DNA from: Acanthaster planci
Taxonomy: Eukaryota
DNA length: 64,000 nucleotides
Direction: 5' to 3'
Assembly (NCBI RefSeq): GCF_001949145.1
Contig: NW_019091357.1
Span: forward strand, 2,890,859 to 2,954,858
Shown here: positions 1 through 15,000 of the stretch, piece by piece
Layout of the letters: the number at the start of each line of letters is the position of its first letter
Position numbering within the stretch: the first letter of the stretch is position 1
Position numbers and translations under genes: made by a program
The notes under the pieces: generated by a model
The model's input: only the letters and a program-made list of their open reading frames with translations
Database searches by the model: none
Told to the model about the DNA's origin: nothing

Positions 1-16
1 TATTCTCTTTGGTTAG

Positions 17-3000
17 ACTCTGCGGACACTAGCTGGAAGGTCATAGTTCAGACCAGCGACCTCGAGAATGCAGGGACTACGTCCAACGTCTACCTGACTG
101 TGTTTGGAGACAGCGGCCGATCCCCGAGTCACACCCTGCAGGGGAAGACACTGGACACCAACACTGAGCAGGAATTTGATGTATGTTGACAAATGGAGCC
201 TTGTGTCTGTAGCAGCTTGGATCATTGCCTTAGAGGGGCGGGGTTTAGGGCTGAGGAGAGGGAGTTACATACTGATCGTCATTGCTACTTCCAACATTCT
301 AATAACCCCTAGGTACACGTTGGAACCCAAAAAATAGTTGGAGAATGATTGGTTTAAGGGTATTTTCCATTTATATTCGAGAGTAAGGTGTTTGCTCGAA
401 GCCCCAACAGACATAGTGCAAATATCCAAAAACAGAGATAATCAAAAAGGCTTTCTGTGCCTTGGCTGTATCCAAAGAGGAAGTAATTTGGGAAATCATT
501 ACCTATTCAATTATGTATCGGCTATTCCACTGCGATGTGTATTTTTGTTTACCTTTGTCACACCAGGTTGATTTGGGTGATATCGGGGAGGTTGCCAAGA
601 TCCGTCTGGAGCACGACAACTCTGGTGACAGCCCAGCTTGGCACGTGCAGCAGGTAACTGTTGATATTGACAACCTCCGCGCCTCAGCAAGGGATTGCTT
701 GATTTCACACAGTCACAGTGTCATGCTAGAGCGACTCCCTAGAGCACTCGGGGCCAGTTTTGTCTGGAATGTAGGGTTTCTTTCACGTGGGCACCCAGCG
801 TCTGGTTGAAACTGTTCCTTCCCCCTCCCCCCCAACTGGCCTCTCTTCTCTCTGCCAGCGAGGGGGCACTCTTGCTCGAAGGAGTTGGGGAACGTGCCTG
901 GTTTTTGGGAAGAAGGGAATATGGAAATTAATTATCAGTTGAACGGCTTATTGGTTCAAGATCTCATAAAGTTTATAGATAATGTGCTGAATACTCTTTG
1001 GCAGAAACTGAAAAAAATTATGCATAGCGTATATTTTGCAATGGGTCTGCATTTAGATTTTTGTTGTTAACGTGACTTCCTAGAGCCTAGTTTGTCAAAA
1101 GGACTGTTCTCCATTGTGTGTATAGTTGATAGCTGTTAACAGAAAGGTGTGATTATTGAATCAAAGGAAAGGGTTCCGGTGGGCTTCAGATTGGACGTGA
1201 CGCGTGATTGGTTTATCCCTGCAGGTGCGACTGGTCCACGCGGCTAAGCCTGAGCTGGTGTTCCAAGTCAACACCTGGCTGTCGTCCGACCAGGGCGACA
1301 ATCCCAGCACCGTAAAGGAGGTGGCTGCCATCAGGGCCGGTGTGGATCCCCTGCCAGGTATGGGCGCCAGGCAAGGCCCGTTTTCCAATATCCTCCTGGC
1401 TCGGTGGCCGGCTTTCTCCCTATCTCAGACACCAGGATACTGTTTCAAAAGCTTGTGTTTCGGAAATGTCCGAATTGACTGGTTACGGCTGGGGTTGGTG
1501 CACACGGCAGTGGAAAGTGGTTTAAGCGGCTAGCCAGTGGCTTCCCATAGGTGCAGGCATTGTACCTAGTCACAGCCGTAACTTTCGGCCCAATCTTTTC
1601 TCTCACCAATTGGCAACGTAGTGCCCTCTGTAGCATGTGCACAAAGCCAGTGCCATTGAAACAGTGCTTATTTGATCATATTTTAGCCAAAGCTTTTGTT
1701 CTGTTTTTCTGCTCGTCCGACCAGTTGTTGCCAGAAACCTTTGTGCTCAAAAGTTGCCAAGACTTAAAAGAGGTAACTATTTTACTAAACTAAGCACTTT
1801 TATTAATTTTTATACTTGGGATTTTTTTAGTGGTGAATTACACAGTGCAAGTCCAAATCAGGGAAGATCCGGATAGCGCATCGACAAACCCCGACCTCTC
1901 CATAGCGCTGGCGGGCGAGGCAGGAGAGATGGCTAAATGGGAACTGATCAGGACAGGCAAGCCAGTCTGCGAAGATGGCAAGGTCAAGGTAAGGAGACAA
2001 AGCTGTGATCAAATTCAAGGTTGGGCTTGAAGTCAAGAAGCAGCCGGAAGGCCTTGGCCTCAAAAGTTAGCCAGCTTACATCCACTTTGCATGTAATAGT
2101 CCTCTGACTGCTCCAAGGCCGTTTATAATTTGCCAGTCCTTCCTTCTGGCCACACATCCGGGTGTGCCGACTGACCACCCGGCTGGCCACCAAAAAAAGG
2201 TGCCAAGTTGTTAGCCTATTGGTCACTTGACTGGCCGCTGCTGTTACTTCTGGCAACAAAACCGTGGATTCCTGAAGCTCCTCAACAGTTCATAATTCGG
2301 AACAAAATCTTCACCGAAATGATATTGAGAAAAAAAAAGTCCTTGAAGCGGAAAAACCCAGAGAAGATTGCGGGCCAAATGTCATAACGATGAGCAAAAA
2401 AAAGCAATCCAAACTATAGAATCCCCAGTGGGATTTGAACTCTGGTCGTGCATGCGGAGCTTTTTAGTAGGGAAAGTACCACTGCTTTAATCTTATTCCA
2501 AACCCATGCAAATCCCCCACCCTTTACCCGTTACTAACCACCCAACCGGCCAGCTTTGCCAATACAATGCCCAACTGGCCTTCCCTCGGTCCAGCTCACT
2601 AGCCATTCGGTTGACCCTCGGGATACTTCAATACTTCACCTCTGTTGCTCGTAGGTGGACACTTTCAGTTTTGATGCCGTTTCTGTGGGCCAGTTGGAGC
2701 GGGCCATTCTGAGCATCAGCTCCAAAGAAAAGCAAGACACCTGGTTCGTGGAGAAGGTCACCGTCCGAGAGGGAAAGTACGCCACGACTCGCGGCGTCTT
2801 CCCTTGCAAGATGTGGTTCGGAAATGCAATCATTGGCGAGGACGGAAGCACAGTCCTCCAGACCGATCTAAAACCTGAAGGTAAGCCGATATGTTTCCAT
2901 CCAATCCGGCACTGCCCTTCTCCATTGCTTACTAACATGAATGATCCGCTTGTTTGAATGACCAAGGGAAGGATTTCTGTCGGAAGGGAATGGGGCCCCA

Positions 3001-6000
3001 TAATCTCGAATTTTATTCTTGACGGCTCCCACATAAATCAGGACAACTGCTCTAGCGTCAGCTCAGAAGGTGTGGAGGGAGAAGTTTTTTCATCCATCAT
3101 GTGTGTAATATTGCGGATGAAATGTGCGTTGGCTCGTATGTATCAGATTTAAGAACCCGTGGGTGCAATATTTTAATTGAGGGGAAAAGTGTATTTCACG
3201 TAAACTCTGTGAAGCTAATCTATGAATTGTTTGAAATCCCAGCTGTTCCGATTTTTACTGACTTCCTGTTAACTGAATGCATATTCTTGAACGATTTCAC
3301 ACTCTGCATGGAGACTTTTCAAAGATTGTTTTTGTAGCGAAAACGCAAGATACCTCTCACAACTTGTAGTTTTTATATTCGACTGACTGAATGGAATTTT
3401 GTTTAATGCCCACACAGATATGTTCCGTTTGAATGCCAATCTTGTTTTGTGTAATGGCTGAAAAGAAAGTAGAACGGAATAGCCTTTTTAGTTTGGCAAG
3501 AGAATGATGTTGTCGCTCGGACTTTTTATGTCAAGGCACCCCTGTTTTGGAGCATCAATTAACAGTCGAAGGCAAGTTGACTAGATATGGCACTGGCATA
3601 TTCTAATCTCAAGCACAGACACTTTTAACGTAGATCACAGATCTCACAAACTGATTGAGTGTCGCACAAAACTGTCTAGGATTTATTACAAGCGTACTTT
3701 CGACACTTCTTTTGCACAGATTTGAAACAATTTTGCACCCTGTACACTCCTGAAACACCCCGGCTTTTACGTAACCACCACTCTTGTCTTCAAATCATTC
3801 ACATTGTAAAACTCTCTGCATCTTCTTTATTGCTGTCTTGTTACAACTTTCAAATAATTTATCAAGAGTAATGCAGTAGGCACAGTAGTTGCATTGAAGA
3901 ACGGAGGTATAATCGTTTCTCCATTAACCCTAACAGTCCTCAGTCCTCCAACAGGTGAAGGATTGAGGAGTGTTAGGGTTAGTCCCAACTCATTGAGGTT
4001 TTTTTTGTGGCGAAATTTCGGGAGAATTTTTGTGGAGTCCTCCAGAAATTTATGGCAAATTATGTGGCCCTTAACGATCTGGATCGTAGGAAAGGTTTGA
4101 CAGATTTGGGGTAGATATGGGATTTTAAGTGCCTAGTAAACGTTGAAATAAAAATACACTTACACTAATGGTATGGTGTGTACAGTATGTGAGTTTTTCT
4201 CTAGACAGTTTTCTGGAGTTTAAAGTGTGGTTGCTTAGTGCTTTCAGTGAGCTTGTGAGAAAAACTGCGTCCTTCTTAGGAGCAAGTTTCTCAGAGTATT
4301 GATTCAGGAGTTTGTCGAGGTCAGCTTGCCGATACAAAATATCTGTAGATGTTGTAAGCACTAGCAGTGGCGTTTTGATTACCATCGGCAGAAGCTGCAC
4401 ATGTGATCGTCATATCAGCTGTTACATCAGCCTGTTACTTGCAAGCACCGTCGTGTTGGTGCAACAAGGTCGTATCTCGTGTACAAAACGAATGAGAGTT
4501 ACGACCTTCATGCGGGGAGCACTTTGGATACATGTAGCACTTGTTCAGGCCGAAACCATTTTGGCCAGAGTCTGGTGCAGATATTTGATGAAGGGCCCTT
4601 ACAGCTACAAACCATCATGGAAATAAAGTTAACTGAATGAGCCAGCAGAATTAACCGCCACTTCTTGCCATCAAAGTCTAACCACTCAGTGCCGGGGAGC
4701 GCGGTGCCATAGCCGTTGGCCATATATGCATGGCCAGGATGGCCTTGTAACAAAAGACCAAGCTGCTTGGAATTGCCAAAAGTTTTCAGCACAGAGTGCT
4801 GGCATTTTTTGAGGTAATCCGTCATTGATTTGAAACGGTATGCCACTGTTCGCGGCATTCAGCACCCGCGGATTATCAGCGGGGACAAAAGCGCTCCAGC
4901 ACTTCAGCGATGAGCAATACATTACCGCCGCATGCGAATCTGGTCGCATTTGTAAAGCCACTCGCACTGAACCAATTTCAGGAACAAAGGAAATTGTGCA
5001 ACCCCGCACAATCTGGGTCCTCTCTACTGGCTGCAATACTCAGGTTGCCTGTCAGATTAGAGTAGCCACCAGACAATCATTTGTGTGGGTGTAAGTAAGT
5101 AAATGGGCAGCCTGGAAGGCAGGCTTTATGATGCAGTGTGATAGACACAAGTGAGCGGTATTGGTTCTGTTTATCATGTCGTGGACTTTGACAGTAGGGG
5201 GCTTCAAGCCAGACTAGAAGTGAGTGCTTTGCTGATTTGCATGTATTGTAAATCAGTTTTGAGTAATTGTTCTCATTTCACAAAATCTGCCTTAAGCAGA
5301 AGCACCCCCTCATTGGTTGAAAAGAGCCATGTTGGTCAGGAGTGTACATTTTGCTGGTAGTGACGCGACGGTAACGCTTGCATATCCTAGTCGTTCGTGA
5401 ACCAGCAAAGTTCTATTCCGACCAAAGGAACCTCCGTTGCCAAGACAATGACACCCTGTGTTGGTCCAGCTCAAGGCTCATTGCACTGCAGTGTCGTTGT
5501 ATGTGACCTTATAGAAACAGTCAGTCGTAGATTAGAGCCGTTGATCAGGTTTTGTCGTAAAAATGCGCTTTGGAGTTGATGGCAAAATTTTGTTGACTTC
5601 ATAAAGGGGAGGAGGTGGTTCCTAAAGACAAGGAAGGGAGTGAGGAGGATGACGGAGAGTCTTCATCCAAGGGCAGATGGACCGTCTGGATCACCCCTGG
5701 CCAAGACGATGGAATGGGCACGGATGCCAACCTCTCCATACAGGTGTACGGGGAGAAGGGAAGGAGTGAGGTCATCCCATTGCGAGCTGAGGGGGATGAC
5801 AAGGCAAAGGAGGACAATGAGGGGCAAGGAGCTGATGAGAGGAAGGCAACGCCTAGCAAGGAGAATGAGGCTGAGACTGATGAGAGTGCTGATAAGGCTG
5901 AGGAGAATGGAGATGGGGTGCAAGACCTAGCCTTCTCTCCAGGCTCTACCAAAGAGTTTGATGTAAGAACTAAAACAGCACAGATGCAGTTGAAAGAGGG

Positions 6001-9000
6001 GCACCGACTAGGCTTTCAAATCACATTTTAGTTCATTAAAGAAAACTGAGTGAAGTTAGATTTGAATCACCAACCTTTGAAGGACTGCGCCAGCACTCTA
6101 TCCAACTAAGCATTCCTACCTTGTACGTGTACAACTTACCTTTCACCATTTTGTCTACATCTTTGCTCATGGTTGGTACCCCTAGTCAGATGCTAAATAA
6201 GAAGTAATATGAGGAATGCCACAGTTTTGGGATGCTATTATCTTGGCGATGATCATGTGCAAATTTTACTTGGGACTTGCCATAGAAAGCAAAGCTCATT
6301 TACAAGTAAAACGCAGCGTGACCTTGATCAGATCCATCGAAAGAGTATGCTCACATCTGGTTATTGTTAACACTCCTTGATGTGCAGATTGACGTAGGAG
6401 AGATTGGACCAATCTACAAGATCCGTCTCTCGTTGGACTCCTGTGACATGAAAGATGATACGCCAAGCATCTTCTTGGACAAGGTGAGACAGTTCAAAAC
6501 CATTCTGAGTACGGGAAATCCCCAAGTCCTTTGGCACTGTTCAAAAGCCATGGGCTCCTGAAGAAATTTCATGTGCCTGACTTGTGCGAGCTGGCTGTTT
6601 TTTAGCATAGCATGCACATGAGTGTAGACCTCTATTATGGGGGCAGCCTTGCTTTTCTACCATTCAAAGCAATGTGACCAAACTGAGGCTGGAAGGTAAA
6701 TTAGTCTGTTCCCCTTTATCGATAGTTGAGATTGTTTTAGTATTGCCAGTGGGTCAATAGGGAGCAAGACAAACATGGCAGTATCGTGATAAATGTCTGT
6801 ACTGGTAAAGCCTGTGTTTCAGGTTTACTAGTTCTTAAGGCTACGTTATTGGAATGGGAAGGAAGTACTGGCAGTTGGGTACGTATTTGTACATTTACTT
6901 TCATGATTGGATGAAATAAATTGATTTCTGTCTTGCCTTGATCAGGTGAAAATGAAAGACAAGGGCACAAACCAAGAGTTCCACTTCTTCATCAACCGTT
7001 GGCTCTGCTGCCCTGACGACACCAAGCTTCTGCCCACTGAAGCCAGCCCTGTGGAGGCCCCAGAGCCCGGGGCAAAACAAGAGGATAAGAGCGGCAAGAA
7101 ATCCGAGGAGAAACCGGGTGATGAGAAGAAGACGACCTCCAAAGCCGGGAAGACAAAGGACCACAAAGAGGAGAAAGTCGAGGATAAGAAGCGAGAGGAA
7201 GAGGCAGACAAGGAAGATGACGAAACGAAAGATGAAGCAACAGAGCAGATGCAGAAGACTCAAGCCGGAGATGAAGCAGTAGATTGTTACTTAGAGCTGC
7301 CAGCCATCAGGCCAGATATACCTCCTCTACCAGGTAAGTCTTTTGTGGATGCGTTTCTCACTTTTTAGAGCCAAATCTTGAATTTACTTTTTCGCTGGTT
7401 TACTTTGTAGATAACCAACACAGTAATTTTCTTGCTATCGAGCAAAACTCGGGTGTGGACCAGTCAAAGAATACAGACCATTGTCATTTTAACTGGTAAC
7501 CTGCACTCAGTTTTGAGCAGATCCTCCCATTACTGAGCAAGTCTGCAATACTGCTTCACTAGTTAAACCCTCCCCCTGCGTGACCATCCGTGTTGCATGC
7601 AGTTTCAGCCTTCTTATTTGTCTTGTTACTGTAGTGCTTACATACGAGTTGTCAGTGCGCACCGGCGACAAGGGGGCTGCCTCGCTAAGTGACGTCATCT
7701 ACGCCACGGTGTATGGAGCCAGAGGGGACACCGGCTGCCGGATACTACGCAAGTCCAACAACCCAGTCATGTTCAAGCAAGCACAGGTTAGTCAAGTGAA
7801 CGAGGCGTTGGTTGACTGTTGTGTCTACTGCTCGACTTTCCCATTGTGATATATTAGCCATAAGTTGGATTGGCAGCCAGTAGTTAGGTGTTGGATGGAT
7901 TTGCTCGGTAGCCGGGATGCATGTTATGCAGAGGTTACCGGGCAAAACTGAGCAGTTGAACAGTTTTGGGGATCAGACTTTCCCTGTGCTGTGATTAACA
8001 ACCACTGCCATGGGTTAGTTATGTCAGCAAACTTTAGGTGAAATTCAGGAACATGTGTCTTCTGTCTCTCGTGCACCTTGCGGGTTGGGGAGAATAAATG
8101 CGTCCCTTGTGCCTGTTGCTTCTTGTTCACAGGTTGACATATTCGCCATAGAGGCCGTCGACATTCTGAGACCTTCCAGCATCACCATAGGCCATCACTC
8201 AGAAGGGTTTGGGGCCGGCTGGTATCTTGACACCGTCACACTGAAGCAGTCGGCACTGGCTACTACTCAATACGTCTTCCCTTGCAAACGGTGCGTTGGT
8301 GCCACGCGCAGCACGCACACACAGTATTTGTAGAACTTATTTGCGACTGAATGTACACAACCAGAAGTCTGGTGTGGATCAGAAAAATGCATTATCTAAG
8401 CATGAGAGCATATTTTAATGGGTTTGTCAGGATTCACAAAGCGCTGGTCCTCGATTGTGGCTTTTTGACCAATTGGTACTTCATAACAATGCATCGGTGA
8501 AGTGCAGAAATTAAAATCCTCGATTATCGTGATTGTAATTTCAGGTGGATGGATACCGGCGTGGATGACCGCAAGCTGGAGCGCACCCTCCCCCTACTCG
8601 GCGAGGTGGCCTGTCCCCCATCCACAACCCCCGACACCAAAGGCCTGTGGCAGGTCAGAGTGAAGACCAGCGACCAGCCCGATGCAGGCAGCACGGCTAG
8701 AGTGTGCCTGGTCGTGTACGGCGAGAAAGGGCAACGCTCCACACATCGACTAGAGAGAGAGGCGTTCCAACCAGGATCGGAGGAGGAATTTGAGGTAATT
8801 CATTCAGACATCAGAAAAATTCCCGCGGGTTAATGGATACCGTTAGCATGTCACATTGGTCAGTAGTTTGTGTAGTCTTACGACGTTGGGTAATTCACGA
8901 TGTGAATTTGCCGTTACTGTTTTCAGATAAATGTCGGAGACATTGGAGCAATCAGCAAGATCCGTCTCCAGCACGACAACTCAGGTGATAGCCCTGCCTG

Positions 9001-12000
9001 GCATGTCAATTCCGTAAGTGTCAGATGAGCTTTGAAGCTTTTCATGGTGAAGGTGGCGAGTTAGATAAGAAGGTTTACGGCAGCACCATGTAAGGAGATC
9101 TCTTTCTGAGCATGTATGGTTCTCTCCTGCCGACAGACAAAGCATGCTGTCCGAAACATTGAGTACCCTCCGGTTCTTTTCAGAACCCCACGTGGTCAGT
9201 AAAGTGTCATCGGTGAATGGCCTGCGTACATTCCAGACTGCTAGTCACCGAATAGTGTTTATTGGCTAATGATCAGTGATCTTAGCGGAATAGTTTGCTG
9301 AGGCACAGTTGCGGACATTCAGTTTAGAAGTAGATTTGAAAAGTAAAAGAATTGTAGAGAATGAAGTTCATGGAGTTAGCAAAGCCCGGCTTGAACTTCA
9401 GCGACATGCAGTTGTGATTGTACTCTTCGCAGCGTTACCTTTGTGAAGATAGTACTGTTTCAATTACAGGTAGGGATGAAGGACGTTGATTCAAACGAGG
9501 AGCTAGACTTCAGGTTCGATTGTTGGCTGGCCCGGGACCAAGGCGACGGCCAGCTATGCCACGAAGTCCCAGCTACAAGAGAGGACAAGGATCCCTTGCA
9601 AGGTATTGGTTTTGTGCACAGACTGCAGAGGGCGCTCTTTAGCCGGATGACCTAATTGAGTGAAGGGCATTAGGATTTTCACTGCTACTTGCCTATCCTC
9701 TATCATTTTGCATTAGTGATCTGGCAATTGAGAAGTGATCCCGAACTGGACTGGAAAGGTATTGTAAATATCACGTTTGCTTCTTTTTTTCCTGTGCAGT
9801 TTATAACTACCAGGTCAAAGTTCACACCGGTGACCTAGACAACGCTGCGACAGAAGGCGCAATTCACATGACCCTACAGGGCTCTATAGGGGACAGCGGC
9901 GAGCGGCTGCTGACGACTTCAAACAACAGTCAGAAGTTTGGAAAGGGACAGGTACCGGACACACCATGTCTTTCATATGTACCAGCAGTGGCAACCCCTT
10001 TGAACACTTTTAGACCCTTTTTTCCCAACCTTCTCCCTAGCAGTATCGCCACGCTCATCTTGGATGGTAAATTCAAGAACTTTGAACACAGATTTTAAAC
10101 TTCAGAATTTCATTACCTGAACAGGTTAGGGCCAGACTTGTTAGTGTGACACATCAGGAAAAGGTGCTGCCTCGGCGTCAGTGAACGCTGTTGCTTCAAG
10201 AATGAAAATGTCGTGGCCATGTACATCAAGTTTTTATCGTTTATTATGAAAAAGGAAGACTTTACTGCTCGAGCACCAGCTGTGTCTCACACTGAGTTTC
10301 TCAATCTTTTATAGCGAACGCTGTTAGGGCTTCGAAAAATTGGATATACCTTTGGATGAAAGTCTTGCTTACCCCTTCAAATATGTTCGGATTTTAAACT
10401 TTTGGCTATTCTAAGCAAATTGAAGCTATATTTTACCCGGTTGTGACCGTTTCCCTGTCAGGTGGATATGTTCACAGTACAGGCTGTAGACCTCGGGAAA
10501 GTTCACACCATCACGGTGCGTAACGAGTCCACTGAGCCGTCCCAGGCCTGGTATCTGGACAGGGTCGTCGTCAAGACATCGCCCAAGGCCGAGCGGGAGT
10601 ACGTCTTCCCGTCCTCGCGCTGGATCGGGCCGGTGGATCCAGAGAGTGACGAGCTGAAAGCAGCTGAGAATGACGCGGAGTTGCCCGTACAAGGTTTGTT
10701 GACATTAACGTGACACCCTGATCTTTACTGGTCCTTAAATTTGCAGTTTGCCCCTGGCACGCGGGCAGAAGTTGTACAAGAAATCGGTTGAGAATCAAAG
10801 CCGGTTTCATCAGGGGTGAGACTTGTCAGGATTTTCTTGATTTTTAGGATTTTTCTAACAATCTCCTTTTAAAATCTGGAAAATGCAGAGGTTTTACCAT
10901 TCAGTAATGTAAATTACAAGTTGATACAAAACACAAGACATGGACATTTGAAGGTGTTCCTTTACAATTAGGCAAACACAGATGTTTGCCGTAGCTAATA
11001 TAGTCTCCCTAGGTGGAGCCCACAAAACCTGCAGTGATCATTCCATGGATATTTTAGTTTCCTCCCATCTCATTCCTCAATTATGTTGCAGTGATAAGGT
11101 ACAAAAGGTGCGTAGTATTTAGTCAACAGTTGCCATAAAATTAATCTCCATGGAAACCTAATGACACTTATCCCACAATCATGTACCTGTACAGTGAATA
11201 TAATTGATGCTCTGTAAATAAACCACTAACAGTTCTGTTTATTTTCTTTTCAAATGCAGAAAAATGGAAGTGCACTGTCCAAACCAGCGACCTCCCAGAG
11301 TGTGGGACTGATGCTTCAGTGTCGCTGGTCGCCTACGGTGACAGGGGCGTGTCAAAGGTCATGTCACTGACCAACGGGCAGGAGGGCAACTTTAAGCCCG
11401 GCAAGAGCACCGTGTTTGAGGTGAGTTGGTCAAGAACTTTAAGTGTTGTTGGTGTGCATTTAATGTAATTTGCCCCCCCTCCTAAATAAAATCAGCTTGC
11501 CTGAGTCTTTAGTCCTGTAGCTCCTGCCTTCTACTGAATACTTTATTGAAGTTTCCCCCATACTTTCAGAGCTCTCTGCAATGTGTTGGCAGTTATTCTA
11601 CAGAAAGGTTTGTTCTGCTTTTGTCTTTACACATATACTCCTGCATCACTGTGCTCATTTCGTTCGTAGTTGGAGCCCGGTCCTTGTATCGGTGACATCT
11701 ACAAGATAAGAGTGGAACTGGACGACGGCAAGGATAAATCCTGGCACTTGAAACAGGTGAGATAGTAACGAAATGAGGGATGTGTTGAGCAAAACAGCTC
11801 ATGAAACTTAAACTGGACAAAAGTCCGCCATGGTTCAGGAAGTGGAAACGGATGTACATGCAAGACACCCAGATTATTGAAATCAAACTCACCAAACTGC
11901 TCTGCTTGGAGAAGTTCACAATATGAGGGTGACAAGTCAGGAATGATTTGCCACAGACTGCGTTTGAAGCTGCAAACGAAAAAAAATGATCTGGTTTCGT

Positions 12001-15000
12001 CTTTCTGCCAAGATTGACCTGCAAGATTGTTTCTCGGACGAGAGCTTGACGTTCGAGTACAACGGATGGCTGTCCCGCATTCAGAACGAAGGGAAGGGAG
12101 ACGTCATCGCCGAGATTCCAGCGTTGAGGCCTGGCGAGGAACCGTTGCCCAGTAAGAAGCTAATTGACGGCATTGTTGACTGATATTTTTCAAACACAAA
12201 TTGATGACATCCTTGTCGACGTAATTTTCAACATGATGGGAAGGGTACCGTATCGCTGAGCGCAGGACCGTCAGAATCAACGCTGTATATTGTTGTCTCT
12301 TCTTAACTTGAAGGTGTCATGTACTATCTGCAAGTCTTCACTGGTGAGGCCGAGGATGCGGGGACCGACTCAGAAGTTTCAGTCACGCTGTTTGGCGAAA
12401 GAGGGGACAGTGGCAGGAGACTTCTCAACAAACCCAGGGATGGCGAAAAGGCCTTTAATGAGCCCCAAAAGGTATTTCACTCACCGAATGTCCGTTTTAA
12501 ACAAGAATGTGAGTTGTCACATTGTCTTGATTGCTTGAATCAAGCTAATCTAACATGTTTTTTTGCAGTTCCAAATATTTATTTGAAACTGATGAGCAAG
12601 GATAGTTGCAGTTTTGACCTTTAGGGTTGACCTTGACAGTTTGACCTTGTTAACAGCACCCTGTGAATTTGTTGAACTTTTCTTGCAGACGGATATCTTT
12701 GACCTAGAAGCCGTGTCTCTCGGCAGCATTAACAAAGTCCTGATCCACAAGGCGTCGGGCAGGGCGTGGTACCTGGACCGACTCATCATCAAAGAAGGGG
12801 AGTTTGCTGCCGCGGAGACAGAGTTCAAACACGAAGGGTACGAAGAGAAGGAGGGTTGCCCAGCTTGGAATGTTCGGGTCCCTCTCACAGCACCCCTTGT
12901 TGGAACGCAGCACGGCTTGCATTGTTTTTGTTGCTAATACGGGCTGTGTTGGATCATCTAAGCTGTTTGTTGATGTTAATCTTAACCCAAACGGTCCTCA
13001 GCCCTTCAAATTTAACTTAAATTGGCCAGTTTTGGGGACCTTTTCAGCGGGGAGTCAAGGACCAATCTTTCTGAAAACTGCAGTGCTTGGAAAGACAGCC
13101 ATTATGAGTACAGCTGTGAAAGATCTAGTCAAACTTGGGGTTCTTGCTGCCAATAGACATGTTGTCATTATGTGTTGGTCCTTCTTGCTGAGGCTCAGTC
13201 TCTGTTTTTTTTCCCTGTTCAGCTGGTTAGGCAGCAAGGAGAACCCAGACCAGGCAGTAGATACTGAGTTGGTACCCACCACTGAAAGACCCAGCAACAC
13301 TGTAGCTCCATTACCTGAGGGTCAGGAACCAGTCCAATCCAGTGAGTTACATCAGCATATTGCATATTCCTACCGTACGACAAATGCGTGCGACTCACCA
13401 ACCCAGCCGCTTATACCCAAATTAATGTAAAGGCTTACATGAAGAGAGTAAATACAGTCAGGTACATAAGAAAAGCGTTTAAACATCGTGTATTACATGC
13501 AGAACAGTTCTCCAGATAACGGTGGCGGGAGATGGTAAGCTTTCCTTCTTTGTACATTTCGATTAAATCTACACTCCGTTTCTTATTCAGAGGGCAACTG
13601 GAAGGTTTTTGTCACCACGGGCGAGGCAGAGACTGCTGGTACAGAGGCTAACATGACCGTGACGGTGTGTGGGTCAGAGGGCACCAGCCAGCCCATGCCC
13701 CTAGCGCAGGATGGTCAACCGACCAAGATGGAGCCTGGACAGACTCAGGAATTTGAGGTGAGGTGTTTAGATGAAACTTCCCCAAAATAAGGGAGAATTT
13801 TTGTGCTGTAAGATTGCAGATCGTGACTTGCTTTCCAGAACTCTCATTTAATTCTGTAAGGACACATGGCAAGGTTGTATTTGATATAGTTCGACTTGTT
13901 GTTGGCCCAAGTACAAGGGGTCATGTAAATACTGTGCGGGCAGTTCTCCGTTCAAATTATGCCCATATTTTTCAAGTTTTGAAGAAGTGTTGCAATAACT
14001 GTTTGTTTATGATGTGCTGCGTCCAGGTGAATGTGGGTGAAGTTGGTCACATCTACAAGGTGCGGCTGGAGCACGACGGAACCACCCAGGAGTCCGACTG
14101 GTTTCTGGAAAAGGTACGTAATTGTAAGCTGTGAAGTCACAGAAAATTGTGTCGTCCCTCCCCCCGGACACGCGTGGGTTTCCTTGCATTGACCCGACAT
14201 GGTAACTCTCTGTCCAGATCAAGATGAACGACGTCGACACCAAGGCCGAGTTCAGCTACACCGTCTCTCGCTGGCTGTCCAGGCATCAAGACGGTTGCAA
14301 CCGAGTCATCGAGATCCCTGCAATCTGGCCCGAAAAGCCCATACCCGAGGGTGAGATTTCATTGGGTGGAAATTTTATTGTCTCACTGGAGAGACCAACA
14401 GTAGCAATATAGCAAGGAGTACGCTTTCAGTCGTTGACGGTCTTGAAGGCAATGCATGTTGCGTGTTCTATTGCATTTTGATTTGACTTTCTTTTCCAGT
14501 TGTAAAATACAAAGTCCAAGTTTTGACCGGTGACTTGGACGGTGCAGACACCCAGGCCGACGTCTACCTCACCCTGAGGGGCGAACACGGCGAAACGGGC
14601 CGGAGAGACCTGGTCAGAGACCCAGGGGACCCGACGGCATTCAGCAAAGGGCACACGGACAAGTTCACCGTGGAAGCCGTATCACTGGGAAGAATCGACA
14701 AGTGCGTCGTGGGACGTGACGGAGACCAACCAGGTGTGTGACTGTGAACCAAATTTCTGCTCACATTCAGACATAGGCACAGTTTTTGTTTCCCAGCTGC
14801 ATGCTAAGTGTGGGTCTCTTCACTAGCATACCAAGTGTCATCAGAAACTGCTCTTGGAAGCACGGACAGCACGTGAGTAAAGCACTCGCCTCTCACCGCA
14901 GTGGTCCTGGGTCCGATTCCCAGCCCAGTGAGTAGAGTTGTTTGGAAGTTCTCCCCTGCTGCGAGGGTTTTTCTGCAGGTTCGCCGGTTTTCCTTCCTCC

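Noticed and set aside
6055..6115. tRNA-like sequence on the minus strand
   Set aside because: Degenerate boxes only; at most an old SINE head, too weak to call.
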